Origin: Nemertoderma westbladi
Lineage: Eukaryota; Animalia; Xenacoelomorpha
Assembly (NCBI GenBank): GCA_032718475.1
Contig: JAUCBJ010007588.1
Coordinates: 1 to 63,228, forward strand
Direction of reading: 5' to 3'
Length of the DNA: 63,228 nucleotides
In this document: positions 1 to 12,860 of the stretch, piece after piece
Position numbering within the stretch: position 1 is the first letter of the stretch
How the letters are laid out: each line of letters opens with the position of its first letter
The notes under the pieces: generated by a model
What the model was told of the DNA's origin: nothing
The model's input: only the letters and a program-made list of their open reading frames with translations
Databases searched by the model: none
Translations under genes and position numbers: made by a program

Positions 1-1172
1 TGCCTTTGCTGGCCAGTTCCCCCCCGGTCGCTAGAATACTCTCAAAGGGATTTATAACTAAAATAGTGCAAGCTACCAGCTTATTGGCTGATGTGCTGTG
101 TGGAGATATCTGGGCTCAGTTTAATCGGCCAACCAGTGTAGGGAGGTTGCCTAAGCCTTGCTGTCCGTGTCGGCCAATAGAATTTGCGTAGGCGTTGATT
201 TCGACCTATCCCAGCGCTACTGAACTGAATTTCCTATCTCACTGCTCATCCTCTGTGTTGGACGGGAGCTTCGGGGAATAAGAGTTTTTGGTATACTCGT
301 ATAGTAGTAGTAGTCATATGATTTTATATGATTCTGTTGTTGTGTTCCCATTTTCGCCATAACACCGGCTTTTTGGGAAGAACTCTAGTAAAACTGCTTA
401 AATTATCGAAAGTATAAACTGTTACCTAACTAACCTAACGCAATCGACTTATCTGATCTAATTAACTCACTATTAATCATATTGTTTGTACTGTTATTTA
501 CCGTCAGTTATTAATTGTACCTATTTGTTAATGGAAATATTGCTCTTTGGATAATACGGATAAATCACCCAAATTTCCCAATTTTCTTGATACACTACAG
601 GTTAGAGAGACAGGCTATACATAACAATTGCGATTTATATTAATGTGGTGTGTATTGAATCTAATGTTATTTAGCAGACCCTACATGAGTCAATTGCTGC
701 TCTCTTTATGTGTGATCAAATATACTGACGGTCGGCAGAATAGTGTGTATGATTGTGATTGGTAACAAAGTATTTCCTAAAGAATACGCTTTATACTTTA
801 ATCATAAGCGGTATCGTTGCGTTTTAGTATAAGTCTTAGTTCTGTTTAAATAGATAGAGCGCCACGTCCTAAAGGAACTGTTAATATTTCCCGAAAGCCA
901 ATAATATCTGTCAGAAATTAATTATTAACGATCTGTCGAATAATACAGTAAGTTTACGCTGCAACCTTACACTGCAATAATAAAATTTAAGCATCCGAAT
1001 TCAGCCTCCCGGGTGTAGATCCATCGGGTGAATGATCGCGCATGGGCTGACTTCGGCTAATGTTTTGTGTATTAGCATAAATTGTTGTCGTATGCTAAAG
1101 GTGTTTTAATTAACTAAAAGACATATAAATTTTGGCAGGTTAAACTGCTAAAGGTCTTCAAAAGCGCGAACA
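1..1172 (+). mobile_element. LTR of the same BEL/Pao family (third subfamily; solo or 3' LTR, first ~30 bp outside the window)
   Basis: Reverse complement aligns along its length with LTRs 42463-43645 and 14041-15296. Ends in ...AAGCGCGAACA at 1172. The following sequence does not match the internal leader. Confidence 0.88.
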
Positions 1173-1642
1173 GGTACCCTTATGGCTCCAGTGTTTCTTT
1201 TATGTTCGGTGTATTAAATATTCCTAAATTTATTCATATACGTGCTGCAGCAATTAATTCTCTATTTTTACGTGCAACAAATTCGTGTAATACAATGGTA
1301 ATTGCAACGTTTCATGAGGTATACAAAACGAGTAGAATATTTTTAATGTGGGACCTATATTATATTGATGACTAAAATTAATTATATTTAGTTAGCCTAG
1401 ATTCTAGATATCCTTGATTGTGCTAATAATATTTTATATATACAGTATATTTGTTTGTTTGTTTGTTTTTATGGGCAATCGTGCCTGAAATAAAGTTAAA
1501 TTACAATGAAGGTTGTTATTGATACAAATTACTAGATACAAAAAGTCAAATACAATTTTTAATTTTAATTTCCACCACCACCAAAATTAAATTTAGTAAG
1601 ATTTTTACATCCCTCCACCAAACACAAGTCTAAAACTTGGAT

Positions 1643-4600
1643 TCAGTACCAGTCTTGGAGGTCAAACCCCCGCAGACCGGCACCGTCCCCAAACCCGAGC
1701 GGCCTCCATGGACGCCTACCGCCACGCAGGCACAGGGAGTTTGAGTGCAGCAGCGCAAACAATAGGCGCCTCCGCACTCCGCCCAGCACACAAGCTAGGC
1801 CTCGCTCGCGCATCCCACGCTGCCGGGCCACCAGGGTCTCCGCAAGGTGGCGGATTAGGATATCGGCCTCCTTGCACTACACCCCGTCGGTGGTTCCGAC
1901 TAGGGGGGTGAAGGAGATCCGACGGTCCTCGCACACTGCGGCATAGTGTACCTTCTTGGCGCGGACCCTCTGCTGGAGAACGGAGTCTAGGGACCGGTTA
2001 ACATAAGAGGGGGTGTCAGCGTTTACAACCGCAATGCCAAATGACGCCACCCTCTGTTCGGCCCAGACTCCCCTCGCCAGGAGGTCCGCCCTTACTCCAC
2101 CCACCTCGCGGCCCTGTCTGTCCAGGTAGCCGGACGCCAACGTAACCTCACGCTGGACGCACGGGCCCCCGAACGCGGACGCGATTAAGTCCCCGAAGAC
2201 CTCCCGCACCTCGTTGTGCCGCTTGATAATCAAGCCCCCCGACTTGCAATTAAGGGCGTGGGATGTCGAAAAAGACTCCCCACACCCCTCGCACTTAGCC
2301 GGGAGGCCGGGAGGCGTCAACCCATACCGCAAGGCAAGGTTGTCCCGGAACACTTCGGGGTCCAGGTCGGTGTGGTCCACCGCCGAAGGCTGAGCGGTCA
2401 GCCACCCTCCCGTCTTGTGGGAGACCATGCGCTCCACCGTGCGGCGCCGTTCGGCAGGAACAGCGGGGAGGGCAGACTCCAGTCTCACCTTGTAAGCCTC
2501 GTCTTGGGTAATGCGGCTTTCAGCGAGGGCCGACGCGAGACATGCGGCGTGGTCTGCGACCTGGAGGGGGTTGTCCAACAGCAGCGCATCAACCACCCCA
2601 GCTGTGCCGGCCAGTGACGCCTCTCTAGCATGGCACCATCGCATTAACGGGTCCTGAATCCCGATCCCGCCGTGTCGGACTGGCAAAAGAACCAAGTCTT
2701 CGTCAACAGCACCGAGGGGTATCCCAAACAATGCCGGGATGTAACTGCGCTGCAGCGCCTCCCGGATCGGAGCCAAATCCTCATAGTCGATTTCAACCAC
2801 CCGGAGCAGGAAGTCCCACTCCGCTTGTAAGCAGCGGGACATTCCCGTATGAGCGGTCTGGGGATATTCCTCGGCCACCTCCGCCAATCTACCGATACTG
2901 TAGACCCACCCCTCAACTTTCTCTGCGATGAAACCCCGCAGCCCCTGGGAATCACCAACATAACCCCCCAGAAACCTGTGACCGGAGACGATCCGAACGC
3001 CCGACCTCCCAAACATCTCGTGTGCCTGCTCAACATATGCCGGTTTCACCACCAAGTAGGACTTGGTGGGCTCCGGGTTGTACCCAATTCGGGGTCCACT
3101 GAGGAGCAACTCCTCCCACCAACAGAGCACACCAGCGGGGGAACCAGTAGATGAGGCATCATCGGCATACCAGCACTGTCTTTGGTGGTGCGGTGTTGGG
3201 TCGCCAGGCGGGGTCGACGGCGGGTTGCCGGGTAGGGTTGATGGCGGGTCGCCAGGCAGGGTCGACGGCGGATTGCCGGGTAGGATCGACGGCGGGTTGT
3301 CGGGTAGGGTCAATGGCGGGTTATCGGGAAAGGTAGACGGCGGGTCGCCAAGCAGGAACGAGGACAGGTTGCCGGGTAGGGTTGACAGCACGTCGCCAGG
3401 CAGGGTCGACGGCGGATTGCTGGGTAGGGTCAACGGCGGGTTGCCGGGTAGGGTTGTCGGCGGGTTATCGGGTAAGGTAGACGGCGGGTCGCCAAGCAGG
3501 GACGATGGCGGGTTGCCGGGTAGGGTCAATGGCGGGTTGCCGGGTAGTGTCGACGGCGGGATGCCGGGTAGGTTCGACGGGGGGTTGCCAGGTAGGATCA
3601 ACGGTGGGTTACCGGATAGGGTCGACGGTGGGTTGCCGGGTAGGGTCAACGGTGGGTTGCCGGGTAGGGTCGACGGCGGGTTGTCGGGTAGGGTCGATGG
3701 TGGGTTGCCGGGTAGGATCAACGGCGGGTTACCAGATAGGGTCGACTGCGGGTTGCCGGGTAAGGTCAACGGCGAGTTACCTGATAGTGTCGACAGCGAG
3801 TTAGGTAGGGACAACGGCGGGTTGCCAGGACACTCAGGTATCCGGAAGTCCCGTAGCCTCCGTATCATGGGAAGGGTCCCACAGCCATACCCAAGCATGG
3901 CGGCCAGGTCGCCCTGGGTGTACCCTTCCCTGCTCCAGAGCGGTACATCAGACCCTTGTAAGAAGAGAGCGGCGTGGCCGTTGTATGCAATAAAGAGGTA
4001 ACGGGAACACCGGTGCCAGTAGACCCGCGCATTCCACAGGGCCACGGGGCGACTCAAACTGTTAAAGGCATTAGAGGCGTCTACGAGGAGCATCCCCTCG
4101 GTGGAGTCGTCCTCATACAATGAAGCCATCGCATGGACGGCGCCCTCGACACCCGCCTTAACACCCGCACAGAGTTTATCCGCCCCGCATTCCACAATGA
4201 AATCCATCTTGGTGGCAGCTGTGAGGCAGTTAGTCAGCAACCGGTACAGGACCTCCCCAATGCCGATGGGGCGGACACCGGGTTCCTTGTCAATTGCGAC
4301 GAGGCGACAGGCACGCAGCGCGCGGATCTCGCCCCAAGGTACCACCGAGTTGGCGAGGCGTCGACTCTCTCTCTCGGTAATGAGACGAACTGCCGCCCGA
4401 TTCTGTCCCACCAGTATTTTCCGATTATACAACCGACCTGGGTTTACTTTTGCCGATCCCCAGGACTTAGCGAACTTGGAGCTGCAGCGCTCCGCCTCCA
4501 CCACCAGCTGCTTATACTCCTCTCGCTCCCACATGCCAATCCGGCGCAGCATAGTACGCCGAATATCCGCACTTTTAGTCACGTCTGGGTCTTGCTGGAA

Positions 4601-5239
4601 TATGGTAGCCACTCAACAGAGTGATCGTTCCGAGGGGTGGATACCGTCCGTCAGAAATACCAGCTCGCGAGCGACTAAGTCGGCGATTTTGCATCCCACA
4701 TTGCCACCCGGCAGTATATACTGGCAACAAGTAAGGCAGGTGAGGCGGGAATAATTGGCCTCCCAATACGGATCGGTGGAAGAGCCAGGAGAGTTTAACC
4801 ACTGGCCACCGAAGGCCGACTCCAAAAGCTCCACAGTGGTAGGGAAAGGAGGAGAACTCGCACACCCAGGCAAAGATAACGGAGGAGAAACGGTGTCGAC
4901 GACTCGGGGAATCTGAGTTATCTGAGTTATCGCACTCGAAAACGAACCAGTTTCCGAGCTATCCCCATCCGAGTCGTCGCCAGTGGATTCATGCAGCAGA
5001 GTGTCATCCACTACGGGACTAATGGAGGCCCTCGATATGAGATGCGGGTTCAAGCAATTGCCAACAGACAAAGGCGAGCAGCTGGTGCAGGGTTGCCCGG
5101 CACGGACACAACGACAACGACTAGAAGTGGTACAAGCGCGGATCTCACACTGACAGCACCATTGGGACGACGACTGCCCTGAGCCCTGAGACATAACTGA
5201 CCGAATAGACAAACCGATCGAACCAGACAAACCATCCAA
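1643..5239 (-). pseudogene. CRE-clade (RT + restriction-like endonuclease) non-LTR retrotransposon ORF, inactivated
   Basis: ORFs 4613-5239, 1877-4612 and 1643-1831 share one frame, separated by TGA (4613-4615) and TAG (1877-1879). N-terminal Cys-rich domain. RT motifs VRPIGIGE, LLVDASNAFN, QGD, YADD. Zn knuckle CEGC..HALNC, then RHNEVR, RADL, KK.HY. The expected nuclease Asp reads Gly (SFGIAV). Apparent deletion at ITERES|RRLANS. Confidence 0.85.
3197..3829 (-). repeat. 24-bp minisatellite (~26 units) encoding (PGNPPSTL)n within the RT domain
   Basis: Repeated ggcgggttgccgggtagggtcgac-like unit, in frame between QGD and YADD. Confidence 0.95.
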
Positions 5240-5558
5240 GGAGAGAGACTCGCGGTCACGAAACTGAACTCATCAACAAAATATCAACAAATCAGCAAAT
5301 CAACAAATTATAATTTAATTATATAATTTTATTTAATTCGTAGCGAATAAGAAAGAATCAATATTTAAACTGAATGTGTCAATATTATATTGTACTGTTT
5401 ATATTATAAAGAATTATTATTATTTATTATTATTATAATAACTTTTATCCGCATAGCGCAGTAAATTTGTAAGACAATTACGATAAATCTTAAAGTTGGT
5501 TTCATTAGTGGAGGTGGGTTTCCTAATATAAAGTGTGTAATGGTCACTTTTGCGTTTA

Positions 5559-8500
5559 ATGGATTTAAGTAAAGAATTAGTAAGCCAAGGATTACAAGGA
5601 ATATCCTTCTTGCTAATAGCTATTTTAGGTAAAAACTTAAAAAATGAAAAAAATAAACATTTGTACTACAAATTTTATCAAAATCAGAGTAGAAGACATT
5701 GAATTAATAAATTAACGGGACATCAGACTTTTTGTAGGACAATGCAGTGGAATCTTTTAAGTTTTGTAGGAAATTATCTTTATGAAATTGAGAATAGTCG
5801 TACCGGTAAGATATTCAATAAGCTTAAAGTAAGGTGGGTGGGTGGCTTGTTGAACCAACTGTGTGATCATGTCCGAGAAGATACTAGAAGACAGTGTGTA
5901 GCAATATAATCACGGACTGTAGGTGCATTCGACTTGGCGTTTAACCCTATTAAACCAGGGGGGGGGGTCAATATGACCCCCCCTCCTCCCATGGTTTTTT
6001 TATTATAATTATGAAACAAACGCAGTTGGGAATCTGAAATTTTATGACTTATGACTCAATATGACGCCCCCCCCCCCCCCCCCGTATTTGTACAACATTA
6101 TATAGCCCGTTGTTACTAATAGGGTTAAAATGTTAATATAATAATCACCAGTCAGTAGGGTGTCACAATTATTAATCAATTTAAAAATATCAAATGTTCT
6201 CATAATAATTAGAATCAATAATTATTGATAATTAGATATTTTATTACTCAGGCCCAGTAGAGGATCCCTGTATCATTTGTCCACAAACCGGTATAGAATA
6301 CGATTGTAAGATAACAAGAGGATTGGTTACTGACTGCTATGCCTGTGCTAATGGATATTCCTGTAAAGGTAAGAGGAATAGTATATTACTTACTTTTTTT
6401 GGACGTGTTCATTATATTTTATTAGCAAGTCGTTAGACTTGATTACTGTAAGAATTGTTGACTGACTGACTGACTGACTGACTGACTGACTGACTGACTG
6501 ACTGACTGACTGACTGACTGACTGACTGACTGACTGACTGACTGACTGACTGACTGACTGACTGACTGACTGACTGACTGACTGACTGACTGACTGACTG
6601 ACTGACTGACTGACTGACTGACTGACTGACTGACTGACTGACTGACTGACTGACTGACTGACTGACTGACTGACTGACTGACTGACTGACTGACTGACTG
6701 ACTGACTGACTGACTGACTGACTGACTGACTGACTGACTGACTGACTGACTGACTGACTGACTGACTGACTGACTGACTGACTGACTGACTGACTGACTG
6801 ACTGACTGACTGACTGACTGACTGACTGACTGACTGACTGACTGACTGACTGACTGACTGACTGACTGACTGACTGACTGACTGACTGACTGACTGACTG
6901 ACTGACTGACTGACTGACTGACTGACTGACTGACTGACTGACTGACTGACTGACTGACTGACTGACTGACTGACTGACTGACTGACTGACTGACTGACTG
7001 ACTGACTGACTGACTGACTGACTGACTGACTGACTGACTGACTGACTGACTGACTGACTGACTGACTGACTGACTGACTGACTGACTGACTGACTGACTG
7101 ACTGACTGACTGACTGACTGACTGACTGACTGACTGACTGACTGACTGACTGACTGACTGACTGACTGACTGACTGACTGACTGACTGACTGACTGACTG
7201 ACTGACTGACTGACTGACTGACTGACTGACTGACTGACTGACTGACTGACTGACTGACTGACTGACTGACTGACTGACTGACTGACTGACTGACTGACTG
7301 ACTGACTGACTGACTGACTGACTGACTGACTGACTGACTGACTGACTGACTGACTGACTGACTGACTGACTGACTGACTGACTGACTGACTGACTGACTG
7401 ACTGACTGACTGACTGACTGACTGACTGACTGACTGACTGACTGACTGACTGACTGACTGACTGACTGACTGACTGACTGACTGACTGACTGACTGACTG
7501 ACTGACTGACTGACTGACTGACTGACTGACTGACTGACTGACTGACTGACTGACTGACTGACTGACTGACTGACTGACTGACTGACTGACTGACTGACTG
7601 ACTGACTGACTGACTGACTGACTGACTGACTGACTGACTGACTGACTGACTGACTGACTGACTGACTGACTGACTGACTGACTGACTGACTGACTGACTG
7701 ACTGACTGACTGACTGACTGACTGACTGACTGACTGACTGACTGACTGACTGACTGACTGACTGACTGACTGACTGACTGACTGACTGACTGACTGACTG
7801 ACTGACTGACTGACTGACTGACTGACTGACTGACTGACTGACTGACTGACTGACTGACTGACTGACTGACTGACTGACTGACTGACTGACTGACTGACTG
7901 ACTGACTGACTGACTGACTGACTGACTGACTGACTGACTGACTGACTGACTGACTGACTGACTGACTGACTGACTGACTGACTGACTGACTGACTGACTG
8001 ACTGACTGACTGACTGACTGACTGACTGACTGACTGACTGACTGACTGACTGACTGACTGACTGACTGACTGACTGACTGACTGACTGACTGACTGACTG
8101 ACTGACTGACTGACTGACTGACTGACTGACTGACTGACTGACTGACTGACTGACTGACTGACTGACTGACTGACTGACTGACTGACTGACTGACTGACTG
8201 ACTGACTGACTGACTGACTGACTGACTGACTGACTGACTGACTGACTGACTGACTGACTGACTGACTGACTGACTGACTGACTGACTGACTGACTGACTG
8301 ACTGACTGACTGACTGACTGACTGACTGACTGACTGACTGACTGACTGACTGACTGACTGACTGACTGACTGACTGACTGACTGACTGACTGACTGACTG
8401 ACTGACTGACTGACTGACTGACTGACTGACTGACTGACTGACTGACTGACTGACTGACTGACTGACTGACTGACTGACTGACTGACTGACTGACTGACTG

Positions 8501-11500
8501 ACTGACTGACTGACTGACTGACTGACTGACTGACTGACTGACTGACTGACTGACTGACTGACTGACTGACTGACTGACTGACTGACTGACTGACTGACTG
8601 ACTGACTGACTGACTGACTGACTGACTGACTGACTGACTGACTGACTGACTGACTGACTGACTGACTGACTGACTGACTGACTGACTGACTGACTGACTG
8701 ACTGACTGACTGACTGACTGACTGACTGACTGACTGACTGACTGACTGACTGACTGACTGACTGACTGACTGACTGACTGACTGACTGACTGACTGACTG
8801 ACTGACTGACTGACTGACTGACTGACTGACTGACTGACTGACTGACTGACTGACTGACTGACTGACTGACTGACTGACTGACTGACTGACTGACTGACTG
8901 ACTGACTGACTGACTGACTGACTGACTGACTGACTGACTGACTGACTGACTGACTGACTGACTGACTGACTGACTGACTGACTGACTGACTGACTGACTG
9001 ACTGACTGACTGACTGACTGACTGACTGACTGACTGACTGACTGACTGACTGACTGACTGACTGACTGACTGACTGACTGACTGACTGACTGACTGACTA
9101 CTCTAACGATTTTGATGAAATTTTCACAGCATCTAGATACCGCGATTCTAAGGTCCCTGGCATGATCGGCTACTCCGTCCATAGCCTCTGGGCCCGAAAA
9201 ATAGAGATAAACGAAAAAACGCCATAAGCGCAATGGTAAAATAGCACCAATGACAGCTGGTGTCCTGATGAAATATGGCTTATGTAATGCATTTCTACAC
9301 AAGGCTTAGTAATAAATCGATGAGGTTGCCAAGATTACTAGTGACGGGCCTACCGGCCCAATAAGGAACCGACTTTTTTTTCAAATAAAAGAGACAATGA
9401 GCTCGGCTCGGTCTGGCACGATTGGGCTCGATTCAGTTCGACTTGGCTTGATCGGCTCGGTTTGGCTCGATTGGGCTAGACTCGGCTTGATTGGGCTCGA
9501 CTTGACACATCTCGACTCGGCTCGGTCCGGCTCGACTTGGCTCGAAGGTACTTATAGCCTAAGAGAACAGCAGTAGAGAAACCGGTAGCAAGGAACCCAA
9601 CGGTTGATTTTTGGAGGACATAAAAAGTAAAAAAAAAAGGACAAAAAAAGGATTTAAACGGACAAGAAAAATTATTGCGTTTTGAAACGTCTGATGTTGG
9701 TTAAATTTAATCATGTACATAAATCACTAAATCCAAACGTAAAAAATACGTTGGATTTTAACATAGATTTTAACGTTATTTTGAAACGTCTGACATTGGT
9801 TAAAGTCAATCATGAACTTAAATCACTAAACCCAATATTAAACAAACGTTGAAATTTAACATCGATTTTTAATATTAATTTAAAACGTCTGACATTGGTT
9901 AAAAAGAAACATTATTGTATGTAATGTAATTGTAATGTAATTGTAATGTAATTTAGTCACGTTAATATTTATGACGTTATATACTAACGTTATTATTTCG
10001 TTTTTAATAACATTAAAATAACAAATCCAGGATGGTTACATATATCATTACTTTTATGTTATTTCTTAACATAAAAATATTGTTTGCTATAAACGTAACA
10101 TTATACGTGCATTTAAGCCCTTCTCTCATGTTTTATGGTTCGCTTGCTCAAACTAATAATCCCCCTCCATTGCCGTTCTTTATATCGTTATTTATAATTG
10201 GCAAACCCTTTCTTTATTGAATAATTAATTAATAATTTCCCTACGCATGTTGATATGGTAGTGGCAGGCTACAATCTCTAACACAGTTTGATTGAATACA
10301 ATTTTGTTGTAGGCAATTGTATGCAAATTAATAACAATTAAAACGTACAGTATAACGTGAATTGAATTTTTTGTATAATGACCAGTAAGGAACAAATAAT
10401 GAAATAAACAGCAAAATCAAAGTAAAATATCACAGAATAAGTAAACAACAAATATATGGCTGTATGGCCCATTACGTAAATGGTTTTGATATTTCGGTTA
10501 AAGTTAATCACAGACTTAAAAAGAATATGTTTATGACGTAATAATAAGTGACAACAACGTAATGAATTGCATCAATTAAAATACTTTGAGTTAATATTAT
10601 TCACTAGATTTATAGATCTGATTTGTAGTCTATATAAAATAATGTACATATAGTGGGTTTAATAAATAATACCTCACAACAATGTTAATGGTTATCCCCT
10701 GTATCTATCTAATCTTAATAAAAATCATTCATACAAAATCATCAACATTTAGATAAGTTGCATCGCTATTATTCGGTAAATTACCATGATCATCTCTATA
10801 CAAGGAATGCAAACGAGATTGGAACCACAACAGTGGGGCAAACTGGAAACAACGGATACGTGTATGAAGGATTCGAGGGATACGTTCGCGATAGTCAAAT
10901 AAATGGGGAAGTCCCATTGTATCGCTATATAAAACAGGTTCAGTATATATATGTATATGTATATATATATGGTTTATACTGTATTTATTTGAGTTTGACA
11001 TAAAAAATAAAACACGAAAACTACATACATCATTGAGTAATTATGGAGAGTCCGAATAGCAACTAACTCCCTTCTTAGTTGAGAATTACGATGGAGGGTG
11101 GGAATAAAGCGATGGGAGTTTTTTCCGTTTCTTTTTTTCATATTTACATTTCTTGCACAAAAATAATAAAAGGGACTTAAACTATATCTAAAAAATTTCA
11201 GATCTTTGTCTTTATTGCTTTCTAGTTATTTGGTGTTTGAAAAAAAAATCAATAGAACAGGTTACAGTTTAAATTTTGGGAGTAATCATCTGTTACTTGG
11301 GTCGATTTCCCCCTGGAGAGGGATGATTTTTGATTGCGTCGAACCCCCCTCCCCCCCCCCCCCCCCCCCCATTATGTGATGAATTTAAATTTTACAAAGG
11401 ATAAATGCAATAATATGCAAAAAATATATACAAATGTAAAAATCATATTTATGTCTCAAATGTTTTATTTATTACAGTCAGGTGGAATCGACCATTTTTA

Positions 11501-11747
11501 CACTACCAATGCCGCGATAATAGGAACAACAACTCCAGGTCAAACAGGTAACCATGGCTACACAAGTGAAGGTGTGGTAGGATACTGCCAACCATCTCAA
11601 GTTGGAGGCACCGTACCCTTGCACCAGTACTGGAAAGGGAGCGTCCAAGATCATTTATACACAACGAATGGTAATGACATTCAGGCGATGACTATTGGTT
11701 ACGTATACGAAGGAGTGGCTTGTTACGTCTACGAAGCGGAACCTTAG
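5559..11747 (+). CDS. Spliced host gene, ~225 aa: hydrophobic N-terminus, 6-Cys module and three DUF5648-like repeats. Exons 5559-5628, 5770-5805, 6252-6368, 10753-10937, 11478-11747
   Basis: All introns GT-AG, phases 1/1/1/0, 678 nt total with no internal stop. TATAAA at 5527. Repeats LHRYY..HDHLYT..E..GY.YEG..GY, PLYRY..DHFYTT, PLHQYW..DHLYTT..GYVYEG match the DUF5648 pattern from memory. The first two exons are less certain than the last three. Confidence 0.75.
5945..6124. mobile_element. piggyBac-type MITE
   Basis: TTAA|CCCTATTA ... TAATAGGG|TTAA: terminal inverted repeats with a TTAA target duplication (5941-5944, 6125-6128). Confidence 0.75.
6417..9382 (+). mobile_element. Possible Helentron-associated (HINE/DINE-1-like) element carrying the TGAC array
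   Basis: T-runs at both ends, 5' hairpin CAAGTC-gtta-GACTTG, internal tetranucleotide array, and 3' GC hairpin GGGCC-tacc-GGCCC just before the T-run. Confidence 0.45.
6459..9099. repeat. Perfect (TGAC)n microsatellite, ~660 units
   Basis: Uninterrupted tetranucleotide run of ~2.64 kb. Confidence 0.99.
9400..9545. repeat. Degenerate (GGCTC)n pentamer array
   Basis: gctcggctcgg / ttgggctcga units. Confidence 0.8.
9680..9952. repeat. ~100-bp tandem repeat (about 2.2 units) followed by (TGTAAT)n
   Basis: aaacgtctgaYRttggttaaa recurs at ~9685, ~9784 and ~9883. Confidence 0.75.
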
Positions 11748-11873
11748 AGGCAAGTAACATAAACATAAACTGATAGAAAATTATTGTGCTTTATTATTAT
11801 TATTATAAGTGCATTACCACTTTACAGTTGTGTAAGTTATACAATGAATATATATACCATATTCTGTATACTG

Positions 11874-12090
11874 TACTACTACTACTACTACTAGGATCGG
11901 CATGCTGCACTGCAGCTGCATTTTTAAGAATGCTGTGCCGGCTTATCGACAAAATTGCACCGCCACAACTCCCTATCACCCATGACATTTGCTAGATCAT
12001 CCGCATCTTCAAGGCCAGTGTCCTTTAAGATGCGTCTCAAGAAAGTCATGGGCTGTCCACCATGCTTATTCACTCCATGAGGCTGCACTA
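11874..12090 (-). mobile_element. 3' fragment of an RTE-type LINE with (TAG)n tail
   Basis: QPHG..K.GGQP.TF...ILKDTG...DL..VMGDRELWR resembles the RTE C-terminal motif. (CTA)n at 11874-11893 on + is the tail. Confidence 0.65.
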
Positions 12091-12736
12091 TACTGTACAG
12101 TAGTATAGTATGAATGAAACTGGCGAAATCCGGCGCAAATAACAGCTGATTACTCTCTAAAAATACTGTAATACTGTTACCCGATCTATTTTCGTTTATT
12201 ATTTTGGTTAGAACTGTAACCAGCCCTTCCATTTTCTTGATAATTAACATTGAGACGAGATATTAATCCACCGAAACGGGATTTACTGCCCCCCACCCCC
12301 TCCACCATGTCTCCCTATATGATTTGCTGAACTATCACAATGCCTATTTACATAGTATTTCAGTGTATTAGTATTAGTATCGTTTTTACATAATGTATAT
12401 TTATATATCTACAGATATGTGACTACGACAACCATGTTAACTTTCTTGAGGAAACATTTGATGTAGTAATCGTTAACTGTGGTGATGGGATCAAAAACTC
12501 AATGTTAATCAACATCAGAAACGATAAACACAACTAATATAGGCCTATATATGCATATGTAACTAATATTTGCTTTGCTTTGCTTACATCAACTGTTGGT
12601 ACCAACCAGGACGCCTTGGTACCAACATACAGTACTGTACCGGTACGTAGTCAGAATGTCACCGGACTGAGGTTTCATCTTCATCCCCGAATTTAAGATT
12701 TAATAAAAAATAGATGGTATCTGATGTATCAACACT

Positions 12737-12860
12737 AAAAAAAAGCAAACAGTCGGCCGAAGCCGGAGGCGACCCGAAGGCTCCTCTTTCGATAGCTGCT
12801 ACCCGAGGGTAGGGGTGGGCGCTACTCCTATCCCAAGATTTGCTCCCAGTTATTTAACTG
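12737..12860 (-). mobile_element. SINE/LINE-UTR fragment
   Basis: GC-rich island GTAGCGCCCACCCCTACCCTCGGGTAGCAGCTATCGAAAGAGGAGCCTTCGGGTCGCC ending in a T-run. Resemblance to RTE-associated SINE ends is from memory only. Confidence 0.35.

Noticed and set aside
600-900. Group I intron, hammerhead or HDV ribozyme in the LTR
   Set aside because: AGATAGAG resembles a group I S element, but I could not build a consistent P7, and I found no hammerhead or HDV core by eye. A covariance-model search is needed.
3063-4754. Plus-strand ORFs over the CRE element
   Set aside because: Antisense shadows of a GC-rich coding region and its minisatellite.
6390-9302. 970-aa (SQSV)n ORF
   Set aside because: Stop-free reading of the TGAC microsatellite, antisense within an intron.
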